64,000 nt of DNA from Candidatus Woesearchaeota archaeon. Lineage in GTDB: Archaea > Nanobdellota > Nanobdellia > Woesearchaeales > JAHWIC01. Position 1 is the first letter of the stretch. Each line of letters starts with the position of its first letter. Where the stretch lies: the NCBI GenBank assembly GCA_019322805.1, contig JAHWIC010000001.1, positions 132,150 to 196,149 on the forward strand. Direction: 5' to 3'. The notes under the pieces were generated by a model. It did no database searches, was not told where the DNA came from, and saw only the letters and a program-made list of their open reading frames with translations. The translations under genes were made by a program, and so were the position numbers. Positions 9,350 to 19,712 of this stretch are shown here, piece by piece.

Positions 9350-10513
9350 ATGCATAGGGCGGAAAGTTTAAGGGAGTTCTTATTTGAAGATTTTATAAGA
9401 TTGTTTGCTGAATCAAAAGGCGTAGTTCTTGATAGCAGAGGAGTTATAATTGACCCTGGAACAGATAGAAGATATGCAGGAATTGAGGAAAGTATCATAG
9501 GATTAGTAAAGAGTGTGAAAAGGAGCAGAAAGTTCTTTGGTATTGCTACAGCTGGAAATTCTGCAGAATTGAGGGGTCCCTTGGAGTTAATAGTAAAAGA
9601 TGCTGATTTTTCAAAATCTGAGGAGGTTCAAGAGGAGCCTTTTAGGGTCAGAAGGTATCCTGGAGTAAAGAGTGATGGCTTGGATTTTAGGGGAGTTTAT
9701 GCAGGTGTTTTTGCTTTTTTCAATGGAGTTTACCATGAAATAGACTTGGTCCACCAGGATTCAGTCAGGAAATCTGCTGAATTGGGGAAGCATATCATGG
9801 GTAGCACTGTACTTGTAAGGGCCATCAAAGAAGGGTATAAAACTCCTTACACACCAGGGTTCTTGGTATTCACCTTACCTGATGAAGGGTATGCGCAACA
9901 AGTTGAAGAAGCGCTCTTAAGGGTTCTGGAATTCTATGGGATGCGTAAGGATTTCATAGTAAGAAGAAAACAGCGTAAAGTCTACACTGAACCAGTAACA
10001 ATGGATGATGGAGAAACTGAGGTTAATAAGTATAATGTAATTGTAGAAGGGAGTAAGCGTGCTTCAGAATTTGCAGAAAATGATTATTCTATAGATGGAA
10101 TAACATATGTTACTGACGATCCTGATCATCCTAGCGAAAGGGGCATGGAAAGGAGATCTAATCTAATCTTTCATGTTGACGGAGAACTTGGTCATGATGC
10201 ACATTTCCACGAAAGCATGCCGCCAATAGTGGCTGTTGGTAGCAGTAAAGATGCTTTCTCTAAAATAAGAGATGGTCTGACTATGACTATTCGTCCTGAA
10301 ATTGCAGAACGACTTTATGACTGGTGGAACAGAAGAGAGCAGGAAAAAGTAATGACTGGGATGCCTGCAGAAGAGGCATTAAAGATGATGGGTTTATTTG
10401 ACAGCAGCGGCATTTCACTCAGAGATCATGTTTCCCCAAAAATACTTTGTTCTTACGCTAACCTTGTTGCTGGAAATGGAGCAGAACTAGGAGTGCAATC
10501 AAGGGCACAATAA
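9350..10513 (+). CDS. Hypothetical protein of atypical composition (Arg/Gly/Val/Asp-rich rather than the Lys/Ile/Glu-rich native proteins).
   Basis: 387-aa ORF without recognisable motifs, inserted between the FAH gene and ilvC with a divergent AT-rich promoter region. Confidence 0.5.
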   Translation: MHRAESLREFLFEDFIRLFAESKGVVLDSRGVIIDPGTDRRYAGIEESIIGLVKSVKRSRKFFGIATAGNSAELRGPLELIVKDADFSKSEEVQEEPFRVRRYPGVKSDGLDFRGVYAGVFAFFNGVYHEIDLVHQDSVRKSAELGKHIMGSTVLVRAIKEGYKTPYTPGFLVFTLPDEGYAQQVEEALLRVLEFYGMRKDFIVRRKQRKVYTEPVTMDDGETEVNKYNVIVEGSKRASEFAENDYSIDGITYVTDDPDHPSERGMERRSNLIFHVDGELGHDAHFHESMPPIVAVGSSKDAFSKIRDGLTMTIRPEIAERLYDWWNRREQEKVMTGMPAEEALKMMGLFDSSGISLRDHVSPKILCSYANLVAGNGAELGVQSRAQ

Positions 10514-10531
10514 AAAAGAATAAAATAGAAA

Positions 10532-11533
10532 TTATTTCTTCTCAAACATTGCTCTTATCTTTCTACCAACAATCTCTATTGGATGGTTTCCAAGCTCTTC
10601 TCTTTTCTTGAGCAAGTTAGGTCTGCCTGCTTTGCTTTCTTCAAGCCAGACTTTAGCGAATGTTCCATCCTCTATCTTCTTCAGAGATTCTTTCATCTTT
10701 TCCTTTACTTCGGGACCAATTATCTTAGGGCCATTATAATACTCGCCAAACTCTGCTGTGTTTGAGATAACTGCATTCATCTTTTGGATTCCACCTTCAA
10801 AGATTAAGTCAACAATAAGCTTCAGCTCGTGCAGGCACTCAAAGTATGCCATTTCTGGCGGATAGCCTGCTTCTGTAAGTACCTCAAAGCCGTATTTGAC
10901 TAAATCGACTGTTCCACCGCAAAGAACATTTTGCTCACCAAACAAATCTTCATAAGTTTCCTGCTCAAAAGTGCATTCCAGAACACCAGCTTTTGTAAAA
11001 TGCATTGCTTTTGCCATTGCTAAAGCAATATCGCGGGCTTTTCCAGATGCGTCTTTTCCAACAGCAACTAATCCAGGAACACCAAAGCCTGCTTTGTAAA
11101 CTTTCAATTCTTCTGTTGCAGGTGCTTTTGGAGCTACCATTATAACATCAACACCTTCTGGAGGAATAATCTGTTTATAGACAATATTAAAGCCATGGCT
11201 GCATGAAAGTGCTTTGCCAGGTTTCATTTTAGACTCAATCTGTCCCTTGTAAACAGGGCCGTGGAATTCATCTGGCAATAGCATATGGATAACATCTGCT
11301 TTTTCAGCTGCTTCACCGATTGTCATAACCTCAAAACCATCATCTTTTGCTTTTGTCCAGCTTGGATTTGGTTTTCCTCCAAGTTCTTCAGTCTCTCCAA
11401 CTATAACATTAACACCAGAAAGCTTCATCATCTGTGCTTGTGCACTTCCCTGGCTGCCGTAGCCTATAACAGCGACTGTTTTACCATCAAGTGCAGACAT
11501 ATCTGCATCTTTATCATGTAGGATATTTACCAT
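10532..11533 (-). CDS. ilvC: Ketol-acid reductoisomerase.
   Basis: 333 aa, Rossmann GYGSQG motif and the KARI C-terminal domain. Confidence 0.95.
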   Translation of the reverse strand: MVNILHDKDADMSALDGKTVAVIGYGSQGSAQAQMMKLSGVNVIVGETEELGGKPNPSWTKAKDDGFEVMTIGEAAEKADVIHMLLPDEFHGPVYKGQIESKMKPGKALSCSHGFNIVYKQIIPPEGVDVIMVAPKAPATEELKVYKAGFGVPGLVAVGKDASGKARDIALAMAKAMHFTKAGVLECTFEQETYEDLFGEQNVLCGGTVDLVKYGFEVLTEAGYPPEMAYFECLHELKLIVDLIFEGGIQKMNAVISNTAEFGEYYNGPKIIGPEVKEKMKESLKKIEDGTFAKVWLEESKAGRPNLLKKREELGNHPIEIVGRKIRAMFEKK

Positions 11534-11540
11534 TTTATTA

Positions 11541-11579
11541 CCTCCAAATTTATTTGGAGGCCAGGAAAACTTGTTTTCC
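11541..11579 (-). promoter_or_regulatory. Two leader hairpins immediately upstream of ilvC. The first sequesters the GGAGG Shine-Dalgarno.
   Basis: On the minus strand, CCTCCAAATAAATTTGGAGG forms a perfect 9-bp stem whose 3' arm is the GGAGG 8 nt before the ilvC ATG. It is preceded by GGAAAACaaGTTTTCC. Confidence 0.4.
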
Positions 11580-11627
11580 GCTGCCCCCTATTTTTTATTT
11601 TGTTAATTAAAGAGTATTTATAAGCCT

Positions 11628-11918
11628 TTAGGACATGAGTTCTAAAGCGTCTTGACCAATCATGCCCTCGCTTACTCCAATTTCCTTTGCCTTATTGCTT
11701 ACTTTAACCACTTTTGCTTTTAGCATATCGTCGAATGTTTTAACTCCAGTAACAACTGCCATTACATCATCAAACTTATTTGCGACATTGATATCAAAAT
11801 AACCGCAACCTAGTAATCCATTCTTTGTTTTTATCAACAATATATTGACATTGCCAGTAAAAACATTGACTCCTTCTGCTTCTGTATCATTAATCTTTAT
11901 CTTTTTTGTTGTTATCAT
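11628..11918 (-). CDS. Small conserved hypothetical protein (DUF-type).
   Basis: 96-aa ORF with ATGA-overlap coupling to the downstream Lrp-like gene. Confidence 0.4.
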   Translation of the reverse strand: MITTKKIKINDTEAEGVNVFTGNVNILLIKTKNGLLGCGYFDINVANKFDDVMAVVTGVKTFDDMLKAKVVKVSNKAKEIGVSEGMIGQDALELMS

Positions 11919-12154
11919 TTGATGTATTCAGCAACTATCATTGTTGATGAGTTTTCTATGCCTTCTATGGATCTTATTTTTTCTGTTAATATTCTGTCTA
12001 AATCTTCCAGTTTCTGCAAATCCAGCCTTGAGATGATGTCCCAGTCACCATAAAGCTCATTCACTTCCGCAACTTCTTTGATCAATTCTAAACTGGTTAC
12101 TATACTTCTTTCTGAACCAGCCTTTACCTTTAACAAAACGTATGCTTTTACCAT
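11915..12154 (-). CDS. Stand-alone Lrp/AsnC C-terminal (RAM) ligand-binding domain protein.
   Basis: 79 aa beginning MVKAYVLLKVKAGSERSIVTSLELIKEVAEVNELYGDWDIISRLDL, a typical AsnC-type RAM domain. Confidence 0.65.
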   Translation of the reverse strand: MVKAYVLLKVKAGSERSIVTSLELIKEVAEVNELYGDWDIISRLDLQKLEDLDRILTEKIRSIEGIENSSTMIVAEYIK

Positions 12155-12194
12155 TTTATCACCAACTTAATATATCACTAGGTTAAATTTCATC

Positions 12195-12290
12195 GAGCAC
12201 AATTAGTTGTGCACTTGATTCTTTTTATCAACATTAAATCATCATTTAAAAACAATTAATAAATCTGAAAATTCCTTGCACAACCAGGAT
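12195..12290 (+). repeat. Intergenic repeat family, copy A (GCACAAttagTTGTGC hairpin, then T-run, then AAAAACAATTAATAAAT box).
   Basis: Shares the GCACAATTAGTTGTGCACTTGAT core and the A/T box with copies at 41445 and 55950. Confidence 0.6.
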
Positions 12291-12505
12291 AAAGGTTATA
12301 GTAAGCGAAATTATATAATCAATAGTTTCGCTTACTAAATAGTAAACGCAATCTTTCATAAAATAGTTGCGTTTACTAAATTTTCATCTGCTTTCTTTCC
12401 TTTAAGTCATGGTATAAAGGAACTATGGATGATGATTTTTGCTTTAAAGTAAGGAATAAAGCAAAAATCAGATTTATTATTTTTCTATTGATTCTTTTAA
12501 TTGAT

Positions 12506-13633
12506 TTATTTCCTTATTTTAGCTACAACAGCATCTCCCATATCTGAGGTTGAGGCTTTACCACCTAAGTCTTTTGTTTTGACTTTCCCTTGTTTCAAAA
12601 CCTTTTCTATAGCATCAACTATTTGTTTTGCTGCTTTTGGCTGTCCAATTTCATCAAGCATCATTGCTCCTGCCCATATTGTTGCTAAAGGATTTGCAAC
12701 ATTCATTCCTTTATATTTAGGAGCAGAGCCATGAATAGGCTCAAACATTGAAATTCCACCCGGATTTATATTTCCACCAGGTGCTAAGCCTAGGCCGCCC
12801 TGTATCATTGCGCCTAAATCAGTTATAATATCACCAAACATGTTTGGTGTTACAACAACCTGATACCATTCCGGGTTTTTAACAAACCACATTGTGATCG
12901 CATCTACAAAATTGAATTCATGCTGTATTCTTGGATATTGTTTCGAGACCTTTTCAACTATCTCTCTCCAGAAATTATAGACATCTGACAAAACATTTGC
13001 TTTGTCAACAGCTGTTACCTTGTTTTTCTTCTTTTTCTTTGCAAGCTCAAAAGCATATTTTATAACTCGCTCAGAGCCTTTTTTAGACAAAACTCCTATT
13101 TGATAAGCTATCTCAGAGCCTTCTGATTCAATATCTAAGCCAAACTTAATCTTGTATAAGCTCCTTAATACCTCAAGCTCTTGCTTGTTTTTTCCTGGCT
13201 TCACTTTATTGCCTATCCCAACATAGAAATCCTCAGTATTTTCTCTAACAACATCAAAGTTAATATCCGCTGGACCTTTATCTTTCAATGGACACCAAAC
13301 CCCTTCAAGTAACTTAATTGGCCTTAGGTTTACAAACTGATCAAAATAGAATCTTGTTTTCAATAAAATGCCTTTTTCTAAAACTCCGGGCTTGCATCGC
13401 GGGTCTCCTAAAGCACCCAAGTAGATTGCCTTGCAGGTGTTTTTTATTTCTTTAAGAGTATCCTCACTAATTAATTCCTTTGTCTTAAGATATTTTTCAG
13501 CTCCATTATCATATTCTATCCAGTCAATCTCAAAATTATTTAGTTCTGAAACTGCATCAATTACTTTAACTCCTTCTCTAACTATTTCAGGACCAATACC
13601 ATCTCCAGGTATTTTTGCTATTTTGTATTTCAT
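12506..13633 (-). CDS. leuB: 3-isopropylmalate dehydrogenase.
   Basis: 375 aa, isocitrate/isopropylmalate dehydrogenase family motifs (GDGIGPEI..., NLFGDIITD). Confidence 0.9.
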   Translation of the reverse strand: MKYKIAKIPGDGIGPEIVREGVKVIDAVSELNNFEIDWIEYDNGAEKYLKTKELISEDTLKEIKNTCKAIYLGALGDPRCKPGVLEKGILLKTRFYFDQFVNLRPIKLLEGVWCPLKDKGPADINFDVVRENTEDFYVGIGNKVKPGKNKQELEVLRSLYKIKFGLDIESEGSEIAYQIGVLSKKGSERVIKYAFELAKKKKKNKVTAVDKANVLSDVYNFWREIVEKVSKQYPRIQHEFNFVDAITMWFVKNPEWYQVVVTPNMFGDIITDLGAMIQGGLGLAPGGNINPGGISMFEPIHGSAPKYKGMNVANPLATIWAGAMMLDEIGQPKAAKQIVDAIEKVLKQGKVKTKDLGGKASTSDMGDAVVAKIRK

Positions 13634-14109
13634 TTCTTGATATAGTTAAGTAAGCCCCCTTCTTTTATTATATCTAAAGCAAATTTAGGAAAAGGCGTGA
13701 ATTTAAATTCTTTTTTGTTTGTTAAGTTTTTTATTGTTCCTTTTTGTACATCAATCTCTAAATTATCTCCGTTTTTAACATTCTTTGCAATATCCTTACA
13801 TTCAATAGCCAAAAAACCATTATTAATCGAATTTCTAAAAAATATCCTAGCAAAACTATTAGCAATTACTGCTTTTACCCCTGCTCCTCTTAGAGCCCAG
13901 ACTGCGTGCTCTCTGCTTGAACCACAGCCAAAGTTCTCTCCAGCTACAATAAAGTCTCCTTTCTTTACTTTTTTAATGAAACCAGCATCTAAATCTTCCA
14001 TTGCGTGCTTTGCTAATTCAGCTTCTTTATCTGTAGTAAGATATCTAGCCGGAATTATTTCATCTGTGTTTATGTGACTCCTCTTGTAAACATGCGCTTC
14101 TCCTCTCAT
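13630..14109 (-). CDS. leuD: 3-isopropylmalate dehydratase small subunit.
   Basis: 159 aa, aconitase swivel domain ([13 protein letters not shown]). Confidence 0.9.
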   Translation of the reverse strand: MRGEAHVYKRSHINTDEIIPARYLTTDKEAELAKHAMEDLDAGFIKKVKKGDFIVAGENFGCGSSREHAVWALRGAGVKAVIANSFARIFFRNSINNGFLAIECKDIAKNVKNGDNLEIDVQKGTIKNLTNKKEFKFTPFPKFALDIIKEGGLLNYIKK

Positions 14110-15371
14110 TTTACATACTTCCTTGGATCAGCTATCTTTCCTTCTATCGCTGAAGCAGCGACTGTTGCAGGGCTTGCTAAGTAAACAAAGCTTTTTGGAT
14201 GACCCATTCTTCCTACAAAGTTCCTATTTGTTGATGAAATGCATCTTTCTCCTTCTGCTAATACACCCATATGACCACCCAAGCAAGCACCACATGTTGG
14301 TGTTGATACAGTTGCTCCAAAATCCATGAATATATCCAATAAACCTTCTTTATTTGCTTGTTTCCAGATTTCTGTTGTTGCAGGAACAACTATCATTCTT
14401 GTTCCTTTAGCAATTTTCCTGCCTTTTACAATCGAGGCAGCTATGCGTAAGTCTTCAATTCTTCCATTGGTGCAGCTTCCAAGCCATGCTTGGTCTATTT
14501 TGATGTTTTTTATCTTTGAAATTGGCTTTCCATTTGATGGTAAGTGCGGTAAAGCAACAATTGGCTCAAATTTAGAAGCATCATACTTTTTTACTGCAAT
14601 ATATTTTGCATCTTTATCTGATTTTATTATCTTAAATTTCTTTTTAGTCCTTTTTCTAACATAATCTACGACTTTTTTGTCTGCCTCTATCACTCCTGAT
14701 TTTCCGCCAGCTTCAATCGCCATATTTGTTATTGTCATCCTTGCCTCTACTGACAATGAATCAATTGTTGAACCTGTAAATTCCATTGCCTTGTACAAAG
14801 CTCCATCTACTCCAATATCAGATATTATTTTCAAGATTATGTCCTTTGAATAAACTCCTTTTGGAAGCCTTCCATTTATCACAAACTTAATTGATTCTGG
14901 AACCTTGAACCAAAGCTTTCCTGTTGCTAAAGCTGCAGCTAAATCCGTGCTTCCAACACCTGTTGAGAAAGCTCCAAAAGCTCCATAGGTGCATGTATGA
15001 GAGTCAGCGCCAATAATTAACTCTCCAGGCAGGATATGTCCTTGTTCTGGCAATAAAGCATGACATACGCCATGCCTTCCAACTTCATAATAATTATTAA
15101 TATTGCAGGCCTTAACCCATTCTCTCAATCTTTTTGCAAGTTCTGCTGATTTAATGTCTTTATTAGGAACAAAATGATCCGGAGTTACAACTACCTTGTT
15201 TGGGTCAAATACCTTCTTTATGCCACGCTTATACAACATCTCAATTGCAGGCGGTGTGGTAATGTCGTGACACATGATTATATCTATATCTGCATTAATC
15301 AATTCTCCTGGCTTTACAGATTTTTTACCTGCATGTTTTGCAAGTATTTTTTCAGTTATTGTTTGTGCCAT
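14106..15371 (-). CDS. leuC: 3-isopropylmalate dehydratase large subunit.
   Basis: 421 aa, aconitase family Cys ligands (GSCTNGR..., CGAC). Confidence 0.9.
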   Translation of the reverse strand: MAQTITEKILAKHAGKKSVKPGELINADIDIIMCHDITTPPAIEMLYKRGIKKVFDPNKVVVTPDHFVPNKDIKSAELAKRLREWVKACNINNYYEVGRHGVCHALLPEQGHILPGELIIGADSHTCTYGAFGAFSTGVGSTDLAAALATGKLWFKVPESIKFVINGRLPKGVYSKDIILKIISDIGVDGALYKAMEFTGSTIDSLSVEARMTITNMAIEAGGKSGVIEADKKVVDYVRKRTKKKFKIIKSDKDAKYIAVKKYDASKFEPIVALPHLPSNGKPISKIKNIKIDQAWLGSCTNGRIEDLRIAASIVKGRKIAKGTRMIVVPATTEIWKQANKEGLLDIFMDFGATVSTPTCGACLGGHMGVLAEGERCISSTNRNFVGRMGHPKSFVYLASPATVAASAIEGKIADPRKYVK

Positions 15372-15412
15372 CTTATGTTTACCTCAGTTCTTAACTATGA
15401 ACATTAATGTCG

Positions 15413-15478
15413 GGGTGGGCCAATCACCCAGTTGTGTAGTATTGGGGAGGTCCAAAATGATTTGCGAAGCAAATCATT
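15413..15478 (-). promoter_or_regulatory. Paired hairpins in the 105-bp spacer between the cupin gene stop and the leuC start.
   Basis: AATGATTTGCgaaGCAAATCATT is a perfect 10-bp stem that overlaps the cupin stop codon. GGGTGggccaatCACCC follows. Confidence 0.35.
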
Positions 15479-15740
15479 ATCCTAAATTGTAATGCTTTCT
15501 TACAGCTTTCTTAATATTCCATTTACATTTCATTCCTTGCGGGAAAACAACCCAGTCACCAGCACCAAAATGGAATTTTTCTCCTTCTTCATTAGTTACT
15601 TCAACATCTCCTTCAAGTATCAGACATGTTTCTTTGTCAGAGTATTCCCATGGAAATTCTGAAGCTTCTTTTTCCCAAATCGGCCATGAGCCTGCTTTTG
15701 ACTTTTCTTCATCAGTTGGTTTTCTTATTTCAATTTCCAT
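15477..15740 (-). CDS. Small cupin-domain protein.
   Basis: 87 aa with G(X)5HXH-less short cupin barrel pattern (GDWVVFPQGMKCKWNI). Confidence 0.6.
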   Translation of the reverse strand: MEIEIRKPTDEEKSKAGSWPIWEKEASEFPWEYSDKETCLILEGDVEVTNEEGEKFHFGAGDWVVFPQGMKCKWNIKKAVRKHYNLG

Positions 15741-16230
15741 TTTGAGTCCTTGAAACAGCAGTTACCCCTGTTCTGCTTATCTCTCTCACACCAAAAGGCT
15801 TCATAAGCTCAATAAATGAATCAATCTTATCAGGACTTCCTACAAGTTCTGCAGTAACATCCTTTGTTGTGATGTCTACTATCTTTGTTTTGTATATCTT
15901 TGTATACCTTAGTATCTCTTCCTTTGCTTTTTTGTCAGGTAAAGCTACCTTAAGCAAACACAGCTCGCGAATTATTGATTTGTCTGCAGGCATCTCTATA
16001 ACCTTTATTGTATCAACAAGCTTATTGATCTGCTTCTCCACCTGCTCTAATGTTCTATCATCGCCAATAACAGTGATAACCATCTTTGAAATGCCTTTCT
16101 TTGTTGTTTTTCCAACTGTAATTGTATCTATGTTAAAGCCTCTTCTAGCGAACATACCTGCTATGCGAGTTAAAACACCCGGCTGGTCTTCAACAAGCAT
16201 TGCTATTACGTGTTTTTGTTCTTTTGCCAT
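15730..16230 (-). CDS. ilvN: Acetolactate synthase small (regulatory) subunit.
   Basis: 166 aa, N-terminal ACT domain (HVIAMLVEDQPGVLTRIAGMFARRGFNI). Confidence 0.9.
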   Translation of the reverse strand: MAKEQKHVIAMLVEDQPGVLTRIAGMFARRGFNIDTITVGKTTKKGISKMVITVIGDDRTLEQVEKQINKLVDTIKVIEMPADKSIIRELCLLKVALPDKKAKEEILRYTKIYKTKIVDITTKDVTAELVGSPDKIDSFIELMKPFGVREISRTGVTAVSRTQNGN

Positions 16231-16240
16231 TTTGATTCAC

Positions 16241-17947
16241 CTAAAAAAACTGCCCCTGTGCTTTTATACAGCCGCCAAATGCTTCTTTCAAATGGCCGCC
16301 TGGAGACAGCATGGGCAATATATTTGATTCCTGTTCAACATGAACATCAATCACTGTTGTAACATCTGATTTAACTGACTCTTTTAGAGCAGGTCCTAAT
16401 TCAGATGGCTTTGTAACCCTTAGTCCTTTTAATCCGTAGGCTTCCGCAACCCTAACAAAGTCAGGTACTTTTCCAAGCCATACTTGTGAGTAGCGCTTAT
16501 GGAAAAATATCTCTAACCATTGTCTAACCATTCCTAAATAAGAGTTGTTCATAATAATAACATTTGTTTTGATGCCTTCTTCTTTTGCTGTACCAAGCTC
16601 TTGTATGTTCATCTGGAATGAGCCATCTCCATCTATGCAAAAGACCCGGTTATTTGGTTTAGCAACCTTTGCTCCTAAAGCGGCGGGCAGACCAAAACCC
16701 ATTGTTCCTGCACCGCCTGAACTAATAAAAGTCCTAGGCTTTGAGCGCTTTATATAATGCATTGCAAACATTTGATGCTGGCCAACCCCTGTTGTAACTA
16801 TATCTTCTGGCTTCAAGATTTTATTTAATTCGTCCATAACCATCTTTGGGTGTATCCCCGATGATTTGAATTTAACGCACTTATCGCATGTTGCTTTAAG
16901 CTCTCTCATCCTTTTTGACCATTCGCTTTCCTGGCTTTTCTTGAGCAATTTCCTTAATGCTGCTGTTAGAGCATTTATTGAATTCTTTGCATCTCCAACT
17001 ATTGGAATGTCTACCTTAACATTTTTTCCTATTTCAGCTGGGTCTATGTCTATATGAATGACTTTTGCATTCTCTGCGTATGTTTTCAGGTTTCCTGTGA
17101 TTCTGTCAGAGAATCTGCAGCCAATAGCAATGATTAGATCTGCGTGAACTGATGCGTAATTGGCTATCTTTCTTCCATGCATTCCTACATTGCCAAGGAT
17201 TAATGGATGTCGTTCATCGACAGCCCCTTTACCCATCATTGTTGTAGCTGCTGGTATTCTTAATAACTCGAGCAATTCGTTGATTTCTTTTGAAGCATTG
17301 GCTATTATAACCCCCCCGCCAACAAGCAACAATGGCCTTTGAGCCTTTAAAATAGCTTCTGCAGCTCTTTTTATCTGCATTGGGTTTGGCTGCAAGGTTG
17401 GCTGGAAGCCTTCTATCATAACTTCCTTTGGTAAATCCCCATTTACTTCTCCAACCTGAGGATCTTTTGGAAGGTCTATGTAAACTGGTCCTGGTCTTCC
17501 TTCTGATGCAATCTTATATGCTTTCATTATCATTGGAACTACATCTTTTTGGCTTCTCATCTGGAAGTTATGCTTTGTAATAGGCAGGGTAATCCCCATC
17601 ATATCTGTTTCCTGGAAGGCGTCATTTCCAATCAAACTAACTGGAACTTGCCCACCAAAAGCTATTATAGGAGATGAATCCATGTAAGCATTCATTATTC
17701 CTGTAACTAGGTTTGTGGCTCCTGGTCCAGAGGTTGCAATGCAAACTCCCACTTTGCCTGATGCACGAGCATAGCCTTCTGCGGCATGGGCTGCTCCTTG
17801 TTCATGCCTAACCAGAACATTCTTGATCTTTCCATGATAATCCAAGAAAGCATCGAATAGTGGTATGACTGAGCCTCCTGGAAATCCAAAGGTTATATCT
17901 GTTCCTTGTTTAAGCAAGGTTTTAACGATTGCTTCTGATCCTTTCAT
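16241..17947 (-). CDS. ilvB: Acetolactate synthase large subunit (ThDP-dependent).
   Basis: 568 aa, ThDP-binding motif GDGSFQMN and an FAD-binding middle domain. Confidence 0.95.
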   Translation of the reverse strand: MKGSEAIVKTLLKQGTDITFGFPGGSVIPLFDAFLDYHGKIKNVLVRHEQGAAHAAEGYARASGKVGVCIATSGPGATNLVTGIMNAYMDSSPIIAFGGQVPVSLIGNDAFQETDMMGITLPITKHNFQMRSQKDVVPMIMKAYKIASEGRPGPVYIDLPKDPQVGEVNGDLPKEVMIEGFQPTLQPNPMQIKRAAEAILKAQRPLLLVGGGVIIANASKEINELLELLRIPAATTMMGKGAVDERHPLILGNVGMHGRKIANYASVHADLIIAIGCRFSDRITGNLKTYAENAKVIHIDIDPAEIGKNVKVDIPIVGDAKNSINALTAALRKLLKKSQESEWSKRMRELKATCDKCVKFKSSGIHPKMVMDELNKILKPEDIVTTGVGQHQMFAMHYIKRSKPRTFISSGGAGTMGFGLPAALGAKVAKPNNRVFCIDGDGSFQMNIQELGTAKEEGIKTNVIIMNNSYLGMVRQWLEIFFHKRYSQVWLGKVPDFVRVAEAYGLKGLRVTKPSELGPALKESVKSDVTTVIDVHVEQESNILPMLSPGGHLKEAFGGCIKAQGQFF

Positions 17948-17955
17948 TTTTACAC

Positions 17956-19524
17956 CTACAAACTCTCCCGTGTTTTCTCTTTTATTTTCTTGAAACTTAA
18001 AGCTTTGTTTATTCCCTTTATTAAAGCTTCTGCTGAAGCCATTATTACATCCTCGTTAACAGCTTCTGCTGAAAAAACATTTCCTTTTTTATCTTCGATC
18101 TTGATTGTTACATCTGCTAATGCGTTTGTTCCTCCTGTGATTGCCTTAAGGTTATATTCCTTTAATGTAACTTCTGGGCCTATTATATTGCCTACAGCAT
18201 GTGAGACAGCGTCAACAGGACCTACGCCTTGACCAGTCCCTGCCCTCTTTTTTCCATTTATTATCAAGGTGACTGTCGCAGTTGGTGTTGTTTTGTTTCC
18301 TGTCTCTACTTTTACTTCATCCAAGACAACATTTTGCTCTTCTTCTGATAAAGTGCCTATAACATCATTAGCTATTGCTATTATATCCTCCCTAACTACT
18401 TCTTTCTGCTTGTCTGCAAGCTCCTTTATCTTAGACATTATCTGATCAATATGCTTTTTTGATAATTCGTAGCCCATATCCTTTAGTACAGCCTCTACAG
18501 CATGTCTGCCTGAGTGTTTGCCTATTACTAGGCCTGTTCCTGTCCAGCCAACATCGCCTGGCTTCATAATCTCATATGTTGCTTTTGCTGAAAGTACACC
18601 ATGCTGATGTATTCCTGCTTCATGGGCAAATGCATTTAAGCCAACAATGGCTTTATTTCTCTGGACTCTTAGGCCAGTTAAGTCTGAAACCATTCTTGAG
18701 GTTTTGTAAATCTCTTTTGTGTTGATTGTTGTTGTAAAGTTCTTGAAAAAGTCCTTTCTTGTCTTTAGGTTCATTACAACTTCTTCTAAGCTACAGTTAC
18801 CTGCACGCTCTCCGATTCCATTTACACAGCACTCTACTTGTGTTGCACCATTCTGTATTCCTGCAAGTGAGTTAGCTACTGCAAGCCCCAAATCATTATG
18901 GCAGTGTACACTTACTGTTATGTTTTTTGCTTCTGGAACCTTTTCAAACAAATACTTGATTCTATAACCAAACTCCTCTGGTTCTGCATAGCCAACTGTG
19001 TCTGGAATGTTAATGGTTGTTGCGCCTGCTTTGATTGCAGCCCTTACAACATCGCACATATAATCAAGGTCAGTCCTAGCAGCATCCTCTGGACTAAATT
19101 CAACATCCTTGCAATATTTGCTAGCGTGTTTGACTCCTTCTGTAACCATCTTGATTATCTCTTTCTTTGATTTTCTTAGTTTCTTTTCTATGTGAATCTG
19201 AGATGTTGCAATAAAGGTATGGATTCTTGGTTTCTTTGCATATCTTACAGCTTTCCAAGCCCTGTCAATATCCTCTTTCATAACCCTGGCTAAGCCGCAG
19301 ATTATGGGTCCTTTTACTTCCCTAGCAATAAGCTTAACAGCCTCAAAATCACCTTCAGAGCTTATAGGAAAACCTGCTTCAATTATATCTACACCAAGCC
19401 TAGCTAGTTGTTTAGCTATGATTAGCTTTTCCTGGATTGTTAAGGAAGCACCAGGTGACTGCTCACCATCTCTAAGTGTAGTATCAAATACCTTGATCTT
19501 TGTTGGTTGTTTTGTTGAAGTCAT
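17956..19524 (-). CDS. leuA: 2-isopropylmalate synthase (or citramalate synthase of the same family).
   Basis: 522 aa, FDTTLRDGEQSPG DRE-TIM barrel N-terminus and C-terminal LeuA-dimer regulatory domain. Confidence 0.9.
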   Translation of the reverse strand: MTSTKQPTKIKVFDTTLRDGEQSPGASLTIQEKLIIAKQLARLGVDIIEAGFPISSEGDFEAVKLIAREVKGPIICGLARVMKEDIDRAWKAVRYAKKPRIHTFIATSQIHIEKKLRKSKKEIIKMVTEGVKHASKYCKDVEFSPEDAARTDLDYMCDVVRAAIKAGATTINIPDTVGYAEPEEFGYRIKYLFEKVPEAKNITVSVHCHNDLGLAVANSLAGIQNGATQVECCVNGIGERAGNCSLEEVVMNLKTRKDFFKNFTTTINTKEIYKTSRMVSDLTGLRVQRNKAIVGLNAFAHEAGIHQHGVLSAKATYEIMKPGDVGWTGTGLVIGKHSGRHAVEAVLKDMGYELSKKHIDQIMSKIKELADKQKEVVREDIIAIANDVIGTLSEEEQNVVLDEVKVETGNKTTPTATVTLIINGKKRAGTGQGVGPVDAVSHAVGNIIGPEVTLKEYNLKAITGGTNALADVTIKIEDKKGNVFSAEAVNEDVIMASAEALIKGINKALSFKKIKEKTRESL

Positions 19525-19712
19525 TTTTTTCTTTCTCCTTGTCTTGTTTTTTTATAGTTTTTGTTTTTTATGGATTTGTAAATAACTTTTAACATTGAAC
19601 ACCTCTAGCCATAAAATAACTAGGGGCTTATAACAGTACCAGAACTAATAGAACTAAGACTAACAAAAGCAAATTCTTACTTCCAGCAATTGTTTGTCCT
19701 TTCATATTGTAT

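Noticed and set aside
19628-19705. 25-codon hydrophobic ORF as a bona fide RiPP precursor.
   Set aside because: The poly-Leu/Val composition could arise by chance from TTN-rich spacer, and it lies downstream rather than upstream of the radical SAM gene. Mentioned only as something to test.
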